A stretch of 64,000 nucleotides of DNA. It comes from Vicinamibacterales bacterium. Its GTDB lineage: Bacteria > Acidobacteriota > Vicinamibacteria > Vicinamibacterales > UBA2999. The notes beneath the pieces were generated by a model that was not told the DNA's origin, searched no databases, and worked only from the letters and a program-made list of their open reading frames with translations. Positions 44,086 through 52,459 of this stretch are shown in pieces. Both the position numbers and the translations under genes were made by a program. Each line of letters starts with the position of its first letter. Position 1 is the stretch's first letter. Location: assembly GCA_050249615.1 (NCBI GenBank), contig JBFWQE010000013.1, forward strand, positions 406 through 64,405, read 5' to 3'.

Positions 44086-45024
44086 ATGTTCGACCGTTAC
44101 GACCCGCGCGACGACGACCGTCAGTACCGAGATCGAGGCCGCGATCTCGATCGCGGTGGCCGCGGCAGCGGCCAAACGTCCGACCGCCGCGAGCGGGACC
44201 CGCGCGACGTCTTCACGCGCGACCTCGACCTGCCACGCGGGCGCGAGCGGGAACGCACCCGAGACCGCGATCGCGTCTACGACATCGACGGCTCCGAAAG
44301 CCGGATGCTAGCGACGGTCGGCTCGTTTCGCGTGGTCGCCGAGCGCGACCTGGCGGCGCTGCGCGACGACGCCCGGAAGCCGCACCAGAGCATCCGTCAC
44401 CTGGAAGACGAGAGTCTGATTCGGCGGTCGCCACTCGATGCCAACGACCGCGCCGTCGTCCTCACCGAGCGCGGCCGGGACCTGCTCGAAGCCAATCGAT
44501 CGCTTCCGCGCGACGAGCGAACACACGAGCCCCGCCAGGAGTTCTACGCCGGCCTCAGGAAGCCGCGCGAGTTGACCCACGATGTGAAGGTCTACCGCGC
44601 CTACGAGCGCTCCGAGGAACGCATCCGTGACTGCGGCGGGCGCGTCCAGCGCGTCGTCCTCGACTACGAGATGAAGCGCGACTACCAGCGTTTCCTGCAC
44701 GAGCGGAATCGCGGCAGGAAGGATTGCGACGGCCGTCCCGATCGCGAGGCCGACGAGATCGTCCACTGGGCGAAGGAGCACGACCTGCCCTACGAGGAGG
44801 ACGGGCACGTGCACTTCCCGGACGCTCGCATCGAGTACGAGGACCGTGATGGCCGTTCACGCTTCGAGGACCTCGAGATCGTGACGCCGCACTATCGCGG
44901 TGCCCACGCCGCCGGCGCGGCGAAGTCCGGCTTCACCTGCTACGTCTCGATGGGGTCCGGCGTTGGCGGACGTGGCGGCGGCAGGGGCGGACGAAGCCCG
45001 CGGATCATGGAGGAGTTCCTGTGA
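44086..45024 (+). CDS. hypothetical wHTH protein with RD/RE-rich N-terminus and RGG C-terminus (replication-relaxation-like?)
   Basis: N-terminus DPRDDDRQYRDRGRDLDRGGRGSGQTSDRRERDPRD...RGRERERTRDRDR, core LATVGSFRVVAERDLAAL...LIRRSPLDANDRAVVLTERGRDLL, and C-terminus GVGGRGGGRGGRS. Confidence 0.45.
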   Translation: MFDRYDPRDDDRQYRDRGRDLDRGGRGSGQTSDRRERDPRDVFTRDLDLPRGRERERTRDRDRVYDIDGSESRMLATVGSFRVVAERDLAALRDDARKPHQSIRHLEDESLIRRSPLDANDRAVVLTERGRDLLEANRSLPRDERTHEPRQEFYAGLRKPRELTHDVKVYRAYERSEERIRDCGGRVQRVVLDYEMKRDYQRFLHERNRGRKDCDGRPDREADEIVHWAKEHDLPYEEDGHVHFPDARIEYEDRDGRSRFEDLEIVTPHYRGAHAAGAAKSGFTCYVSMGSGVGGRGGGRGGRSPRIMEEFL

Positions 45025-46085
45025 GTACGCTGCCGTTGGAGCCGACGCCGCTTCCACCGGAGCCCCAGTTCTGGTTCATCAAGGAGACGAGCGCAGAACG
45101 GCTGCACGCGATATCGGCGTTCGGGTTCACGGACCGGCAGTCGCGCTTTCTCCTGGAGGTCCTCCTGCATTCAGGCGTCTTCCTCGAACGCCAGTACTGC
45201 CAGTTCGCCGGCATCGTCCACGGCCAGAAGAGCACCGACTTCATCAGGAGCCTCGTTGACCGCCAGTTCGCCACGCCCATCGCGCCAGGCAAGCTGCATC
45301 GCGGGCGGATGTTCCACCTGCACTACAAGCCGTTCTGGACCGCCATTCGCGAGCCCGACAGCCGGTTCCGCAAGCGGGCGGCGCTCGGCCGCCTGATCGA
45401 GCGCGTGATGCTGCTCGACGCCGTCCTGGACGATCGCTCGATGGTCTGGCTTGGGCCGTCCACCGACAAGCGTCGGCACTTCACCAGCCACCTGGGTGAC
45501 CGCTTCGATCTCGCTGATCTACCCCGCCTGCAATTCGGCCACGGCCCGCGCCCGACATATCGCCACTTCCCGGACAAGCTCCCGATCGGCGACGACCCGG
45601 AGCGCACCGACCACCACGTCTTCGTCTATCTCGTGACGACGCCGGTGCCGTGGGACTTCAGGCTGTTCCTGCTGCGGCACGTGCCGCTGCTGTGGAAGCT
45701 CAGTCGGTGGACCATCCGGCTGCTGTTTCCGAAGCCCCTGATGAAAGCCGAACGAGTCTACCTGCACGCCGCCCGCGAGCATCTGATGGGAACGACGGGC
45801 GGGCGCAACGTGAGCATGATCGAGCGGATGTTCAAGGAGCGCCTGCGGCAGACCCACCCCAATCCCGGGCCTTCGTACACCGGGTACCAAGAGGACGGGC
45901 GAGTGTTCTCCGGGCCGCGCTTCCAGGCCCTCTATCGCCAGTGGTTGGTCGACCCCGAACGCACCCTCTGGATGGCCGATTCCCATGTCCTCGCGGACGC
46001 GATCGAGCGCGGGTTGGGCCGTGTCGAGTGCGTCGAGCTGACGCGCCAGTATCTGCATCTCTCACCCCTGGTCGACATCGCCTGA
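45021..46085 (+). CDS. hypothetical protein (second wHTH-like, replication-relaxation-like?)
   Basis: GTG at 45021 overlaps the upstream TGA (GTGA). FTDRQSRFLLEVLLHSGVFLERQYCQFAGI resembles the Replic_Relax-type wHTH opening. 354 aa with no other recognisable motif. Confidence 0.45.
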   Translation: MSTLPLEPTPLPPEPQFWFIKETSAERLHAISAFGFTDRQSRFLLEVLLHSGVFLERQYCQFAGIVHGQKSTDFIRSLVDRQFATPIAPGKLHRGRMFHLHYKPFWTAIREPDSRFRKRAALGRLIERVMLLDAVLDDRSMVWLGPSTDKRRHFTSHLGDRFDLADLPRLQFGHGPRPTYRHFPDKLPIGDDPERTDHHVFVYLVTTPVPWDFRLFLLRHVPLLWKLSRWTIRLLFPKPLMKAERVYLHAAREHLMGTTGGRNVSMIERMFKERLRQTHPNPGPSYTGYQEDGRVFSGPRFQALYRQWLVDPERTLWMADSHVLADAIERGLGRVECVELTRQYLHLSPLVDIA

Positions 46086-46128
46086 GCGGCCTCAAGGACC
46101 GAGCGGGCACCGAGTCAGCGAGTGCGTT

Positions 46129-47160
46129 TCAGCCCCGCATTGCCTGACCGTCCGGTCGCGGATATGCCTTCTCCGCCATCGCGAAGATCGGTGCCAAGGG
46201 CCAGACTGAGCCCTCGGCCTTGAACTCGAACGAGGCTCGCTCCTCCTTCAGTTCCGCCAACCGACCGTAGAGCTCACCCGAGTCGCGGATGGGCAAGAAC
46301 ACGAGGACCGGGCCCATCTGAACGCCCCAGCAAACAGGCAGTTCGGGTCTGGAAATACGAAAGACGCGTCGCTCCGAGAAGGGCAGCGGCATCGGCAACC
46401 GGAACGAGAATGCGTCGATCCATTCGTGGGTTGGCTCTTGAATCTGCCGTCGGACTGGCCCCAGAAACGGATGCATGGCGTACCGGTAACCCAAGAGCGC
46501 GAAGACGGCCAAATACGCCGACTTCAACCAGCTGACCTTCGCTCGTCTGTCGTTGGGATCTGTCAGTTGAAACGACAGCCGAAAAGGGGCAGCCAAGGCC
46601 GGTGCCCGCGTGACGCCGTCGAAGTACTCCGCGACACGACTCAGAGTCGCCGGAGCCCCGCCCAGCATGGTGATGCGATTCTCTCCCGCCGCGCTCGTCT
46701 CAAACTTGGCTGGCAGTTCGTGGTCTCCGACGTGCAGCCGGCCGTGCACCGGCTCCTGACCGGCAAGGGCTCTGATGCTGCGCTCGACGCGATGAGCCAT
46801 GGCATCGATGCCGTGTCCGGCAGTGCTGTTACATGGCTTGCAGGTGAGCACCAACGGACGCCCGTCTGAGTGCCTGGGAGGGACGTCCTCGATGGTCAGG
46901 AGGGTTCCCAACATCGCCGCGGTGAACAGCTTCATCCGCGCTCGGCCGTCAGCCTCGGTGACGGCGCACAGGGGGCACGCGTAGGCTGGCGGAATCGGAT
47001 CGCCGGTGGCTGTTGTCAGTTGTCCAAACGTGAGCCCGAGGTCGCGTACGCCCGCCTCGAACCAGACTTGCCGCCGCTTGTCTCTCGAAGCTCTCCCCAC
47101 TGACCGATGATAGTCTGCAACAGCGTCACACGGACCCTTCGTTCGGTAAGGCCGGGACAA
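46129..47160 (-). CDS. HNH_5-like zinc-ribbon protein with His-to-Asp change at the catalytic position
   Basis: CPLCAVTE...LTIEDVPPRHSDGRPLVLTCKPCNSTAGHGID parallels the CxxC...EH(V/I)xP...CxxCN layout of HNH_5 endonucleases, but reads ED instead of EH. 343 aa. Confidence 0.5.
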   Translation of the reverse strand: MSRPYRTKGPCDAVADYHRSVGRASRDKRRQVWFEAGVRDLGLTFGQLTTATGDPIPPAYACPLCAVTEADGRARMKLFTAAMLGTLLTIEDVPPRHSDGRPLVLTCKPCNSTAGHGIDAMAHRVERSIRALAGQEPVHGRLHVGDHELPAKFETSAAGENRITMLGGAPATLSRVAEYFDGVTRAPALAAPFRLSFQLTDPNDRRAKVSWLKSAYLAVFALLGYRYAMHPFLGPVRRQIQEPTHEWIDAFSFRLPMPLPFSERRVFRISRPELPVCWGVQMGPVLVFLPIRDSGELYGRLAELKEERASFEFKAEGSVWPLAPIFAMAEKAYPRPDGQAMRG

Positions 47161-47289
47161 CCCCGGGGGACAACCTCGATTTCGGAGGTCGTCCCCCTGA
47201 GCGCTTGCTCAACGACCTGGCCGCGTGCGCAGCCGGCGTTGGCAGCCACCCGCCCTGGAGCGCGACAATCGCCTGTTCGCGCGCCACTT

Positions 47290-47459
47290 CGCGGCACAGC
47301 AGCCAGCCGCCGCTCTCGACGGGCGGCGCTCTGTGCCGCCCCTGTAGGCGCAAGAGTAGACGCCAACACAGGACACCATGGCGTGAGCGACCCCGGTTGG
47401 CGCGCTCGATTCCGTCCCGCGCGTGTCCGGAAGGGTCGCTCACGCCATGGCTGTCAGTG
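47290..47459. other. structured non-coding segment: two long hairpins in a 637-bp gene-free gap
   Basis: GCGGCACAG...CTGTGCCGC (47290-47339, with inner CCGCC/GGCGG). A perfect 18-bp inverted repeat CCATGGCGTGAGCGACCC / GGGTCGCTCACGCCATGG (47376-47393 / 47442-47459) encloses a 48-nt loop. Confidence 0.6.
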
Positions 47460-47797
47460 TCGCTCTCGGTGTCGGTACGGGCCTGGATGTGGCTGGTGCG
47501 CGCCGCTATCGTGCGGGAGATACTGGTCCCGAACGTGGCCAGGTTGTGCGGTAGGTTTCGCGACGGATAGCGCCGAATTGCCAGTGCGGAGAACAGGCTG
47601 ATTCCGGACCGGTTTCCGAGCCGCTGCCATCACGCATTCGATGCTCGATCTGTGCTCGGCGCCATCAAGGCGCGTCGCTTCGCTCGGCCCGCGTGACTGT
47701 GAGCGGCTCCGGCCTTGACCGCGCCTGCGCGCAGTCGGTGATGGGCAACTGCGTGATGGCTTGGCGTGCGCGCCGGAATCGGCCAGCGGACTCTGCT

Positions 47798-48673
47798 CTA
47801 CTTGCGCAGTTCGCGTTGGCAGACCGTATCGATGCGCTCGGCAAGGAAGGCGGCCAGCTTCCGGCTCTCGTCGAAGGCTGACGCGCGCAACAGTTCGATC
47901 ATGTCTTCGTACGTCGCGACAGCCAGCCGATCGCCGTACTCCGGCAGGAGAACCTGTTCCCTGAACGCACTCACCTGTGCGCGCAGAACAGCACCCACAC
48001 GGTCCGGCACAATCGCCAGCGTAGCCCACGCTGCGCGTCCCGACGATGCAGCGAACAGGACGTTGCGCATCAACTGGAAGTTCGGCCCCCGGAACGGACA
48101 CACCTGGCCGCTGGCCTGTGTTGCGAACACACGCTCCCGAAACAGGGACCGCCCCTTGCGCCAGTACGAACGGGCTCCCCGAGCGCCGTCGGCCACTTCG
48201 AGGCGACAGTTCGACGCTGTGCCGGTCTTCAGGTCCGAGCCGGGGCCGTAATGGCCGCCACAGTGTTTTGGAAATTGACTGCAGGGGCCGAATCCTTCGC
48301 GCGCATCCATGATGAACTTGGACTCGATGCACACGGCGCTGGATTCCGAACGGCAGAACACGTCCAGCGAAGTCGCCGTCACTCGACCCGACTCGTCCAG
48401 AATGCGACGATCGGAATGCTCCAGCAACAGTTCCCACGGGCCGGTGAGGCCGCGTTTCGGGAAGTGGCGGGTCAGAAGGGCCTGCAGAATCACCTGGCCG
48501 TCGGCCGCGTGGCGCAAGGAGCCAAACGCGGACACGCAGAACACCTGTGACGACTGCTCGCTCAGCGGAGAGTGCCACCGAATGCTCAGGCCTTCTGACT
48601 CCGTCAACGCGCCAGCCAGGTATGTGGCGTTCGTCTGGACTTGGTGCCAGCGCTCAGCGGGATGGGTGCGCAT
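47798..48673 (-). CDS. PD-(D/E)xK nuclease-like protein
   Basis: The start MRTHPAERWHQV is at ATG 48673. TSLDVFCRSESSAVCIESKF fits D-x(n)-E-x-K. 291 aa, no methyltransferase partner nearby. Confidence 0.5.
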   Translation of the reverse strand: MRTHPAERWHQVQTNATYLAGALTESEGLSIRWHSPLSEQSSQVFCVSAFGSLRHAADGQVILQALLTRHFPKRGLTGPWELLLEHSDRRILDESGRVTATSLDVFCRSESSAVCIESKFIMDAREGFGPCSQFPKHCGGHYGPGSDLKTGTASNCRLEVADGARGARSYWRKGRSLFRERVFATQASGQVCPFRGPNFQLMRNVLFAASSGRAAWATLAIVPDRVGAVLRAQVSAFREQVLLPEYGDRLAVATYEDMIELLRASAFDESRKLAAFLAERIDTVCQRELRK

Positions 48674-49199
48674 TGCGCACGGTTGTAGCACATCAGTTGG
48701 GAGGAGCAGTGCTCCTCGTGTCGATCTTGCCCATTGACCTCGACCCGGAGCAGCGGTAGCCTGTCCTCTCGTCCGTGCCCCACTGCACACCTGCCGCGCG
48801 AGCGACACTCGGCGCGGGTTGCTGACGGCCGGCGCCTTCAGGGCTCCCGCCAGCAACACACTTCCTGACTAGCACGGCTTCGAACTCCAGCGCGCGTACC
48901 GAGTGCGGCGTCTCGGAGTTCCACCATCGCTCGCGGCGTGCCACAACGGCCTGCCGCGGCGGTGTTCGGGAGCCCGGTTGTCCCACTGACGATTCAAGAA
49001 GGCAGCACGTCAGCGCACCGAGGGCTTCGGAAAGCATCGGCCTCAGGCCGTGCATGAACGCGGCGCCCATCGCCCCGCGTTCTCGGTGTTCGGCGTTACG
49101 CCGGCATCTCGCGCAACTGCCTGCGGCGCGTTGACCCAGGTCACCGCGTCCGAGCGCGCCATTCGTGGACGTTCGGCAACAAGCATTGCGAGGTGCACC

Positions 49200-49424
49200 A
49201 TGAGGCCTTGGTTGACGGTCGGCGAAGGCGCTGACTACGCGAACGTGAGTCGGGACACGATCTACACCGCGTGCGAAGGAAAGGAACTCCGGCACGTGCG
49301 GATCAGCGGACGACGGACGATCCGGTTGCGGCCGATCTGGATCGACGCCTGGCTCGAAGAGCACGCACGGGAACCGCGAAGCGCGCGCGGCACGATGCAC
49401 CTGCAGAACGGAGCGGCATCATGA
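49200..49424 (+). CDS. excisionase-family HTH DNA-binding protein
   Basis: MRPWLTVGEGADYANVSRDTIYTACEGKELRHVRISGRRTIRLRPIWIDAWLEE is the Xis/AlpA/MerR-type pattern. Confidence 0.7.
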   Translation: MRPWLTVGEGADYANVSRDTIYTACEGKELRHVRISGRRTIRLRPIWIDAWLEEHAREPRSARGTMHLQNGAAS

Positions 49425-49672
49425 ACGCGCAGGTCATTCACCACGGCACCCGCGCGCTCACCGAGCGCGAGGTCTCCGACCTGCTCGGCCTGTCGGTGGC
49501 TACGCTGCGCGCGTGGCGGCATCGAGGCCAGGGGCCGCGGTTCCTACGCCTCGGACGGGCCGTACGCTACCTCCCGGCAGACCTTGAGAAGTTCGTCCGT
49601 GCCAGCACCGTTGACGCCAGTGCGGAACCGTCGCCTGATCGGCAGACCGGCATCGAGGAGTTGCGGTCATGA
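49421..49672 (+). CDS. AlpA/HTH_17-like DNA-binding protein
   Basis: ATGA overlaps occur with both neighbours. LTEREVSDLLGLSVATLRAWRHRGQGPRFLRLGRAVRYLPADLEKFV. Confidence 0.7.
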   Translation: MNAQVIHHGTRALTEREVSDLLGLSVATLRAWRHRGQGPRFLRLGRAVRYLPADLEKFVRASTVDASAEPSPDRQTGIEELRS

Positions 49673-51690
49673 GCCTCTGGAAGCGCGGACGCCAGTACTG
49701 GGCAGACTTCACGGTGGACGGTCGGCGCTACCGCAAGCGCCTCGGCACGACGAACCTCCAGGTCGCGAAGCAGAAGGAACGGCAGCTCATCGAGGATGCC
49801 GGCCTCGGAGGCGTGGCCACGCACGCGCAGGGGCCGAAGCGCCTCTTCGAGGCCGTGGACGCCTACATCGAGGGGAAGCGCCTGCACTGCTCGCCGCGCA
49901 CCATCGAGTTCGAGGAGGAGCGCCTGATTACTCTGAAGCGCTGCTTCGGTGACGTGCCGCTAACCGCGATCACGGCCAAGGCGATTGCCGACTACCAGCG
50001 CCAGCGCCACGAGGCCGGCAAGGCCAACCGCACCATCAACATGGACGTCGGCGTGCTGTCGCGCGTGCTCAAGTCGTGCGGCCGGTGGCGCGCGCTGGCC
50101 GACCATGTGCGCAACCTGCCCGAGCGTCAGCGACCGGTCGGGCGGGCGCTGACGCCCGAGGAGCGCAAACGGCTCTTCGACGCAGCGGCGTCGAATCCGG
50201 AGTGGGAGCACGTCTACTGCGCGGCTGTCGCTGCTGCCAACACGTCGATGCGCCCGGTGGAGGTCAAGCACCTCCGCCGGCGCGACGTCGATCTCGAGAA
50301 GAAGCTCCTGTACGTCCGCCGGAGCAAGAACGAGACGAGCCACCGCGTCATCCCGCTCAACGCGTCGGCGCTGCAGGCCATCACCAGGATGGTCGAACGC
50401 GCCGATCTGCTCGGCCACACCGAGCCCAATCACTACCTCTGGCCTGCCTGCCAGTGGGGCCGCTACGACCCGACGCAGCCGATGCTGAAGTGGGACACAG
50501 CTTGGCGGGCCCTGCGTGACGCCGCTGGGCTGCCGCGGTTCCGGTTCCACGACCTCCGGCACACGGTGATCACCGAACTCGCGGAACTCGGCGTGGCTGA
50601 TCACGTGCTGGAGTCGATCAGCGGACACCTATCGAGGCGCATGTTGGAGCACTACTCGCACATCCGCATCGACGCCAAACGGCAGGCCCTCGACGCACTG
50701 GACGAATCACGGCGAGACGGCCACAATGGCGACGGCACGAGTGGAGACGCGCACGCGGACAGGAGCGGCGACAGCACTGAAAGACCCAAGAACGGCGAGG
50801 AAGTCCCGCTGCTCGTGGCACTCGCCGAGGGGCTTACGTCACAGTTACGTCACAGTTTGCGTTTGGCGGGATCGCCGCCCTCCGCTAAACTATTGATTCC
50901 ACTTGCACGGAGAGATGTCCGAGTGGTTGAAGGAGCACGCTTGGAAAGCGTGTGTAGGGGAAACTCTACCGTGGGTTCGAATCCCACTCTCTCCGCCATC
51001 CTTCGCGCCACCAAGCCCATTCGCGGCACGCCGCCGCGGGATCTCATGCGAATCTCATGGCTCGCTCACGATTCGGTGAGGACTTCGCGGCCGGCCTTCC
51101 GTCACAGTGGCGCATATGACACCCACTGTGACGCCCTCCGTGAAGGCTCTCGCCCTCATCGCCCTCGGACTGGCCATTGCCGGGATGGGCCTTTACGTCG
51201 CCAACGCCGACGACGCGCCCGGCGCGGCGGTCATCGGATTCGTGCTGATGCTGGCCGCGGTCCTGTTCGCCGTCAGAACGGCACGGAACCGGCTGCCCAC
51301 CTGGGCTGGGCGCACTGCCCTGGCGGTCGGCGTTCTCACTGCGGCGTTCGCGGCATTCCTCACCCATGTGGTCACCGCGGCAGCGCCGCTCTTCCCGCAA
51401 GCGCGCGACGTGCCATCGGTCGGCGATTCGGCACCGTCGCCGCAATATGCGGGGGCCGTCGAGCGCGCGCGGGAGTTCGTGCGTGCAGCCGTCCTCCAGC
51501 AGAACCTGCCAGGGGTGTCGGTGGCGGTCGGTGCCGGCGGCACGGTCGCCTGGTCGGAAGGGTTCGGCTGGCGGGACATCGACACGCGGACGCCGGTGAC
51601 ACCGGATACCCGATTCAACATCGGCACGGCGGCGTCCGCGGTCACAGCCGCCGCCGTGTCGCCGCTCCGGCTGACCAACACCGGCGTTGA
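49669..51690 (+). CDS. tyrosine recombinase / phage-type integrase (catalytic core ~49669-50720; the ORF has no stop until 51690)
   Basis: N-terminal SAM-like domain with AIADYQRQR. Catalytic residues RPVEV (Arg), HDLRHTVITELAE (HxxR), GHLSRRMLEHYSH (His...Tyr). The ORF then reads through attR and the tRNA-Ser gene and overlaps the next gene out of frame. Confidence 0.85.
   Translation: MSLWKRGRQYWADFTVDGRRYRKRLGTTNLQVAKQKERQLIEDAGLGGVATHAQGPKRLFEAVDAYIEGKRLHCSPRTIEFEEERLITLKRCFGDVPLTAITAKAIADYQRQRHEAGKANRTINMDVGVLSRVLKSCGRWRALADHVRNLPERQRPVGRALTPEERKRLFDAAASNPEWEHVYCAAVAAANTSMRPVEVKHLRRRDVDLEKKLLYVRRSKNETSHRVIPLNASALQAITRMVERADLLGHTEPNHYLWPACQWGRYDPTQPMLKWDTAWRALRDAAGLPRFRFHDLRHTVITELAELGVADHVLESISGHLSRRMLEHYSHIRIDAKRQALDALDESRRDGHNGDGTSGDAHADRSGDSTERPKNGEEVPLLVALAEGLTSQLRHSLRLAGSPPSAKLLIPLARRDVRVVEGARLESVCRGNSTVGSNPTLSAILRATKPIRGTPPRDLMRISWLAHDSVRTSRPAFRHSGAYDTHCDALREGSRPHRPRTGHCRDGPLRRQRRRRARRGGHRIRADAGRGPVRRQNGTEPAAHLGWAHCPGGRRSHCGVRGIPHPCGHRGSAALPASARRAIGRRFGTVAAICGGRRARAGVRACSRPPAEPARGVGGGRCRRHGRLVGRVRLAGHRHADAGDTGYPIQHRHGGVRGHSRRRVAAPADQHRR
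50907..50947 (+). repeat. attR: 41-bp direct repeat (5' half of the intact tRNA-Ser)
   Basis: Identical to 35915-35955. Two direct TTACGTCACAG arm-type repeats lie at 50834-50855. Confidence 0.85.
50909..50998 (+). tRNA. tRNA-Ser (GGA)
   Basis: GGAGAGATGTCCGAGTGGTTGAAGGAGCACGCTTGGAAAGCGTGTGTAGGGGAAACTCTACCGTGGGTTCGAATCCCACTCTCTCCGCCA has anticodon loop TTGGAAA, a long variable arm, a GGTTCGAATCC T-arm and an encoded CCA. Confidence 0.9.
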
Positions 51691-52126
51691 CTCGGCGGCG
51701 GAGTGGAGTCCGGAACATATCGGCGAGCCGGAAGAGGACTTCCCGCTGTTCACGATCGTGCGCCACGTCATCTTCAGGCCGATCGGCCTGGCCCCTGCGC
51801 ATCCATTGCCGGGTGATCGGGCGACGTTCTATGTCCCGAGATCCGATGACAACAATCCCCGCCGCGGACGACGACTGATGTACATGCGGGACCTGGCGTG
51901 CTGCGCGGGTGGGATGGCGTTCTACTCCACGCCGTCCGATCTGGTCCGCTTCGCCCTGGGGACGACAGCAGGCAGCGTCACCGGCGAGCTCGCCGGCGGA
52001 AGCGTGATGTCGCTGATCACGCGCCGCGACGACGGGATCGTCGTGGCCGTGGCGTCGAACATCGCCCACGCCAACACGGCCGCTCTCGCATTGACGGTGG
52101 CTGACGTGTTCGCCGGGCAGAAATAG
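51107..52126 (+). CDS. membrane-anchored beta-lactamase/serine-hydrolase-fold protein with degenerate SxxK
   Basis: Three N-terminal TM helices are followed by a transpeptidase-fold-like region (VLQQNLPGVSVAVGAGGTVAWSEGFGWRD...TRFNIGTAASAVTA). GTAAS sits where GSxSK is expected. GTG 51107 or ATG 51116 is the start. Confidence 0.6.
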   Translation: MAHMTPTVTPSVKALALIALGLAIAGMGLYVANADDAPGAAVIGFVLMLAAVLFAVRTARNRLPTWAGRTALAVGVLTAAFAAFLTHVVTAAAPLFPQARDVPSVGDSAPSPQYAGAVERAREFVRAAVLQQNLPGVSVAVGAGGTVAWSEGFGWRDIDTRTPVTPDTRFNIGTAASAVTAAAVSPLRLTNTGVDSAAEWSPEHIGEPEEDFPLFTIVRHVIFRPIGLAPAHPLPGDRATFYVPRSDDNNPRRGRRLMYMRDLACCAGGMAFYSTPSDLVRFALGTTAGSVTGELAGGSVMSLITRRDDGIVVAVASNIAHANTAALALTVADVFAGQK

Positions 52127-52459
52127 ACAGCTGCCGCGCCACCGACGTTCAAGACGGCTTCCGGCAGGGCAGGGCCGCTATCATCGCCGGCTCATGCGAA
52201 AACGGGATCTCCTCGCGCGCATCTCTGCCGGCGGCGCGGCCCGAGCATCACGGCCGTGCTGATGCGAAGCATCGAGTTCGGGGGAATCTCCCACAGGCAG
52301 CCCGACCGCATCGGCCGCGGCTGCCCCCATCACCACCGCCGGGTTGTTGCCTGCCCGCGAGGTGAGGTGTATGATGCCCGCCCCCCCCGCTGGAAAGGAG
52401 ACCGCACGCCTCGCTCTGCATCGTCTCCGAGTCGATCCGGAACATAGCTGGAGGTGCAT

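Larger units (their letters stand above)
35915..50947. mobile_element. ~15-kb integrative genomic (defence) island inserted in tRNA-Ser(GGA)
   Basis: Exact 41-bp direct repeats lie at both ends, with a tyrosine integrase and two Xis-like HTH genes at the right end. The cargo is Abi/Gabija/nuclease genes. Sampled lines inside (e.g. 38281-38340, ~50% GC) are clearly less GC-rich than the flanks (e.g. 29041-29100, ~80%). Confidence 0.8.

Noticed and set aside
47290-47459. Retron-like msr/msd or type III toxin-antitoxin RNA
   Set aside because: No reverse transcriptase gene is present and there are no tandem RNA repeats of the ToxI type. It is kept only as a structured non-coding region of unknown role.
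47454-48578. 374-aa minus-strand ORF
   Set aside because: It is out of frame with the PD-(D/E)xK-like gene and extends into the non-coding gap. It is Arg/Pro/Gly-rich with no motifs.
50948-51690. C-terminal 250 aa of the integrase ORF as genuine protein
   Set aside because: This part reads through a tRNA gene and a differently framed downstream gene. It is most likely stop-poor read-through rather than a functional domain, although it is reported as an observation.
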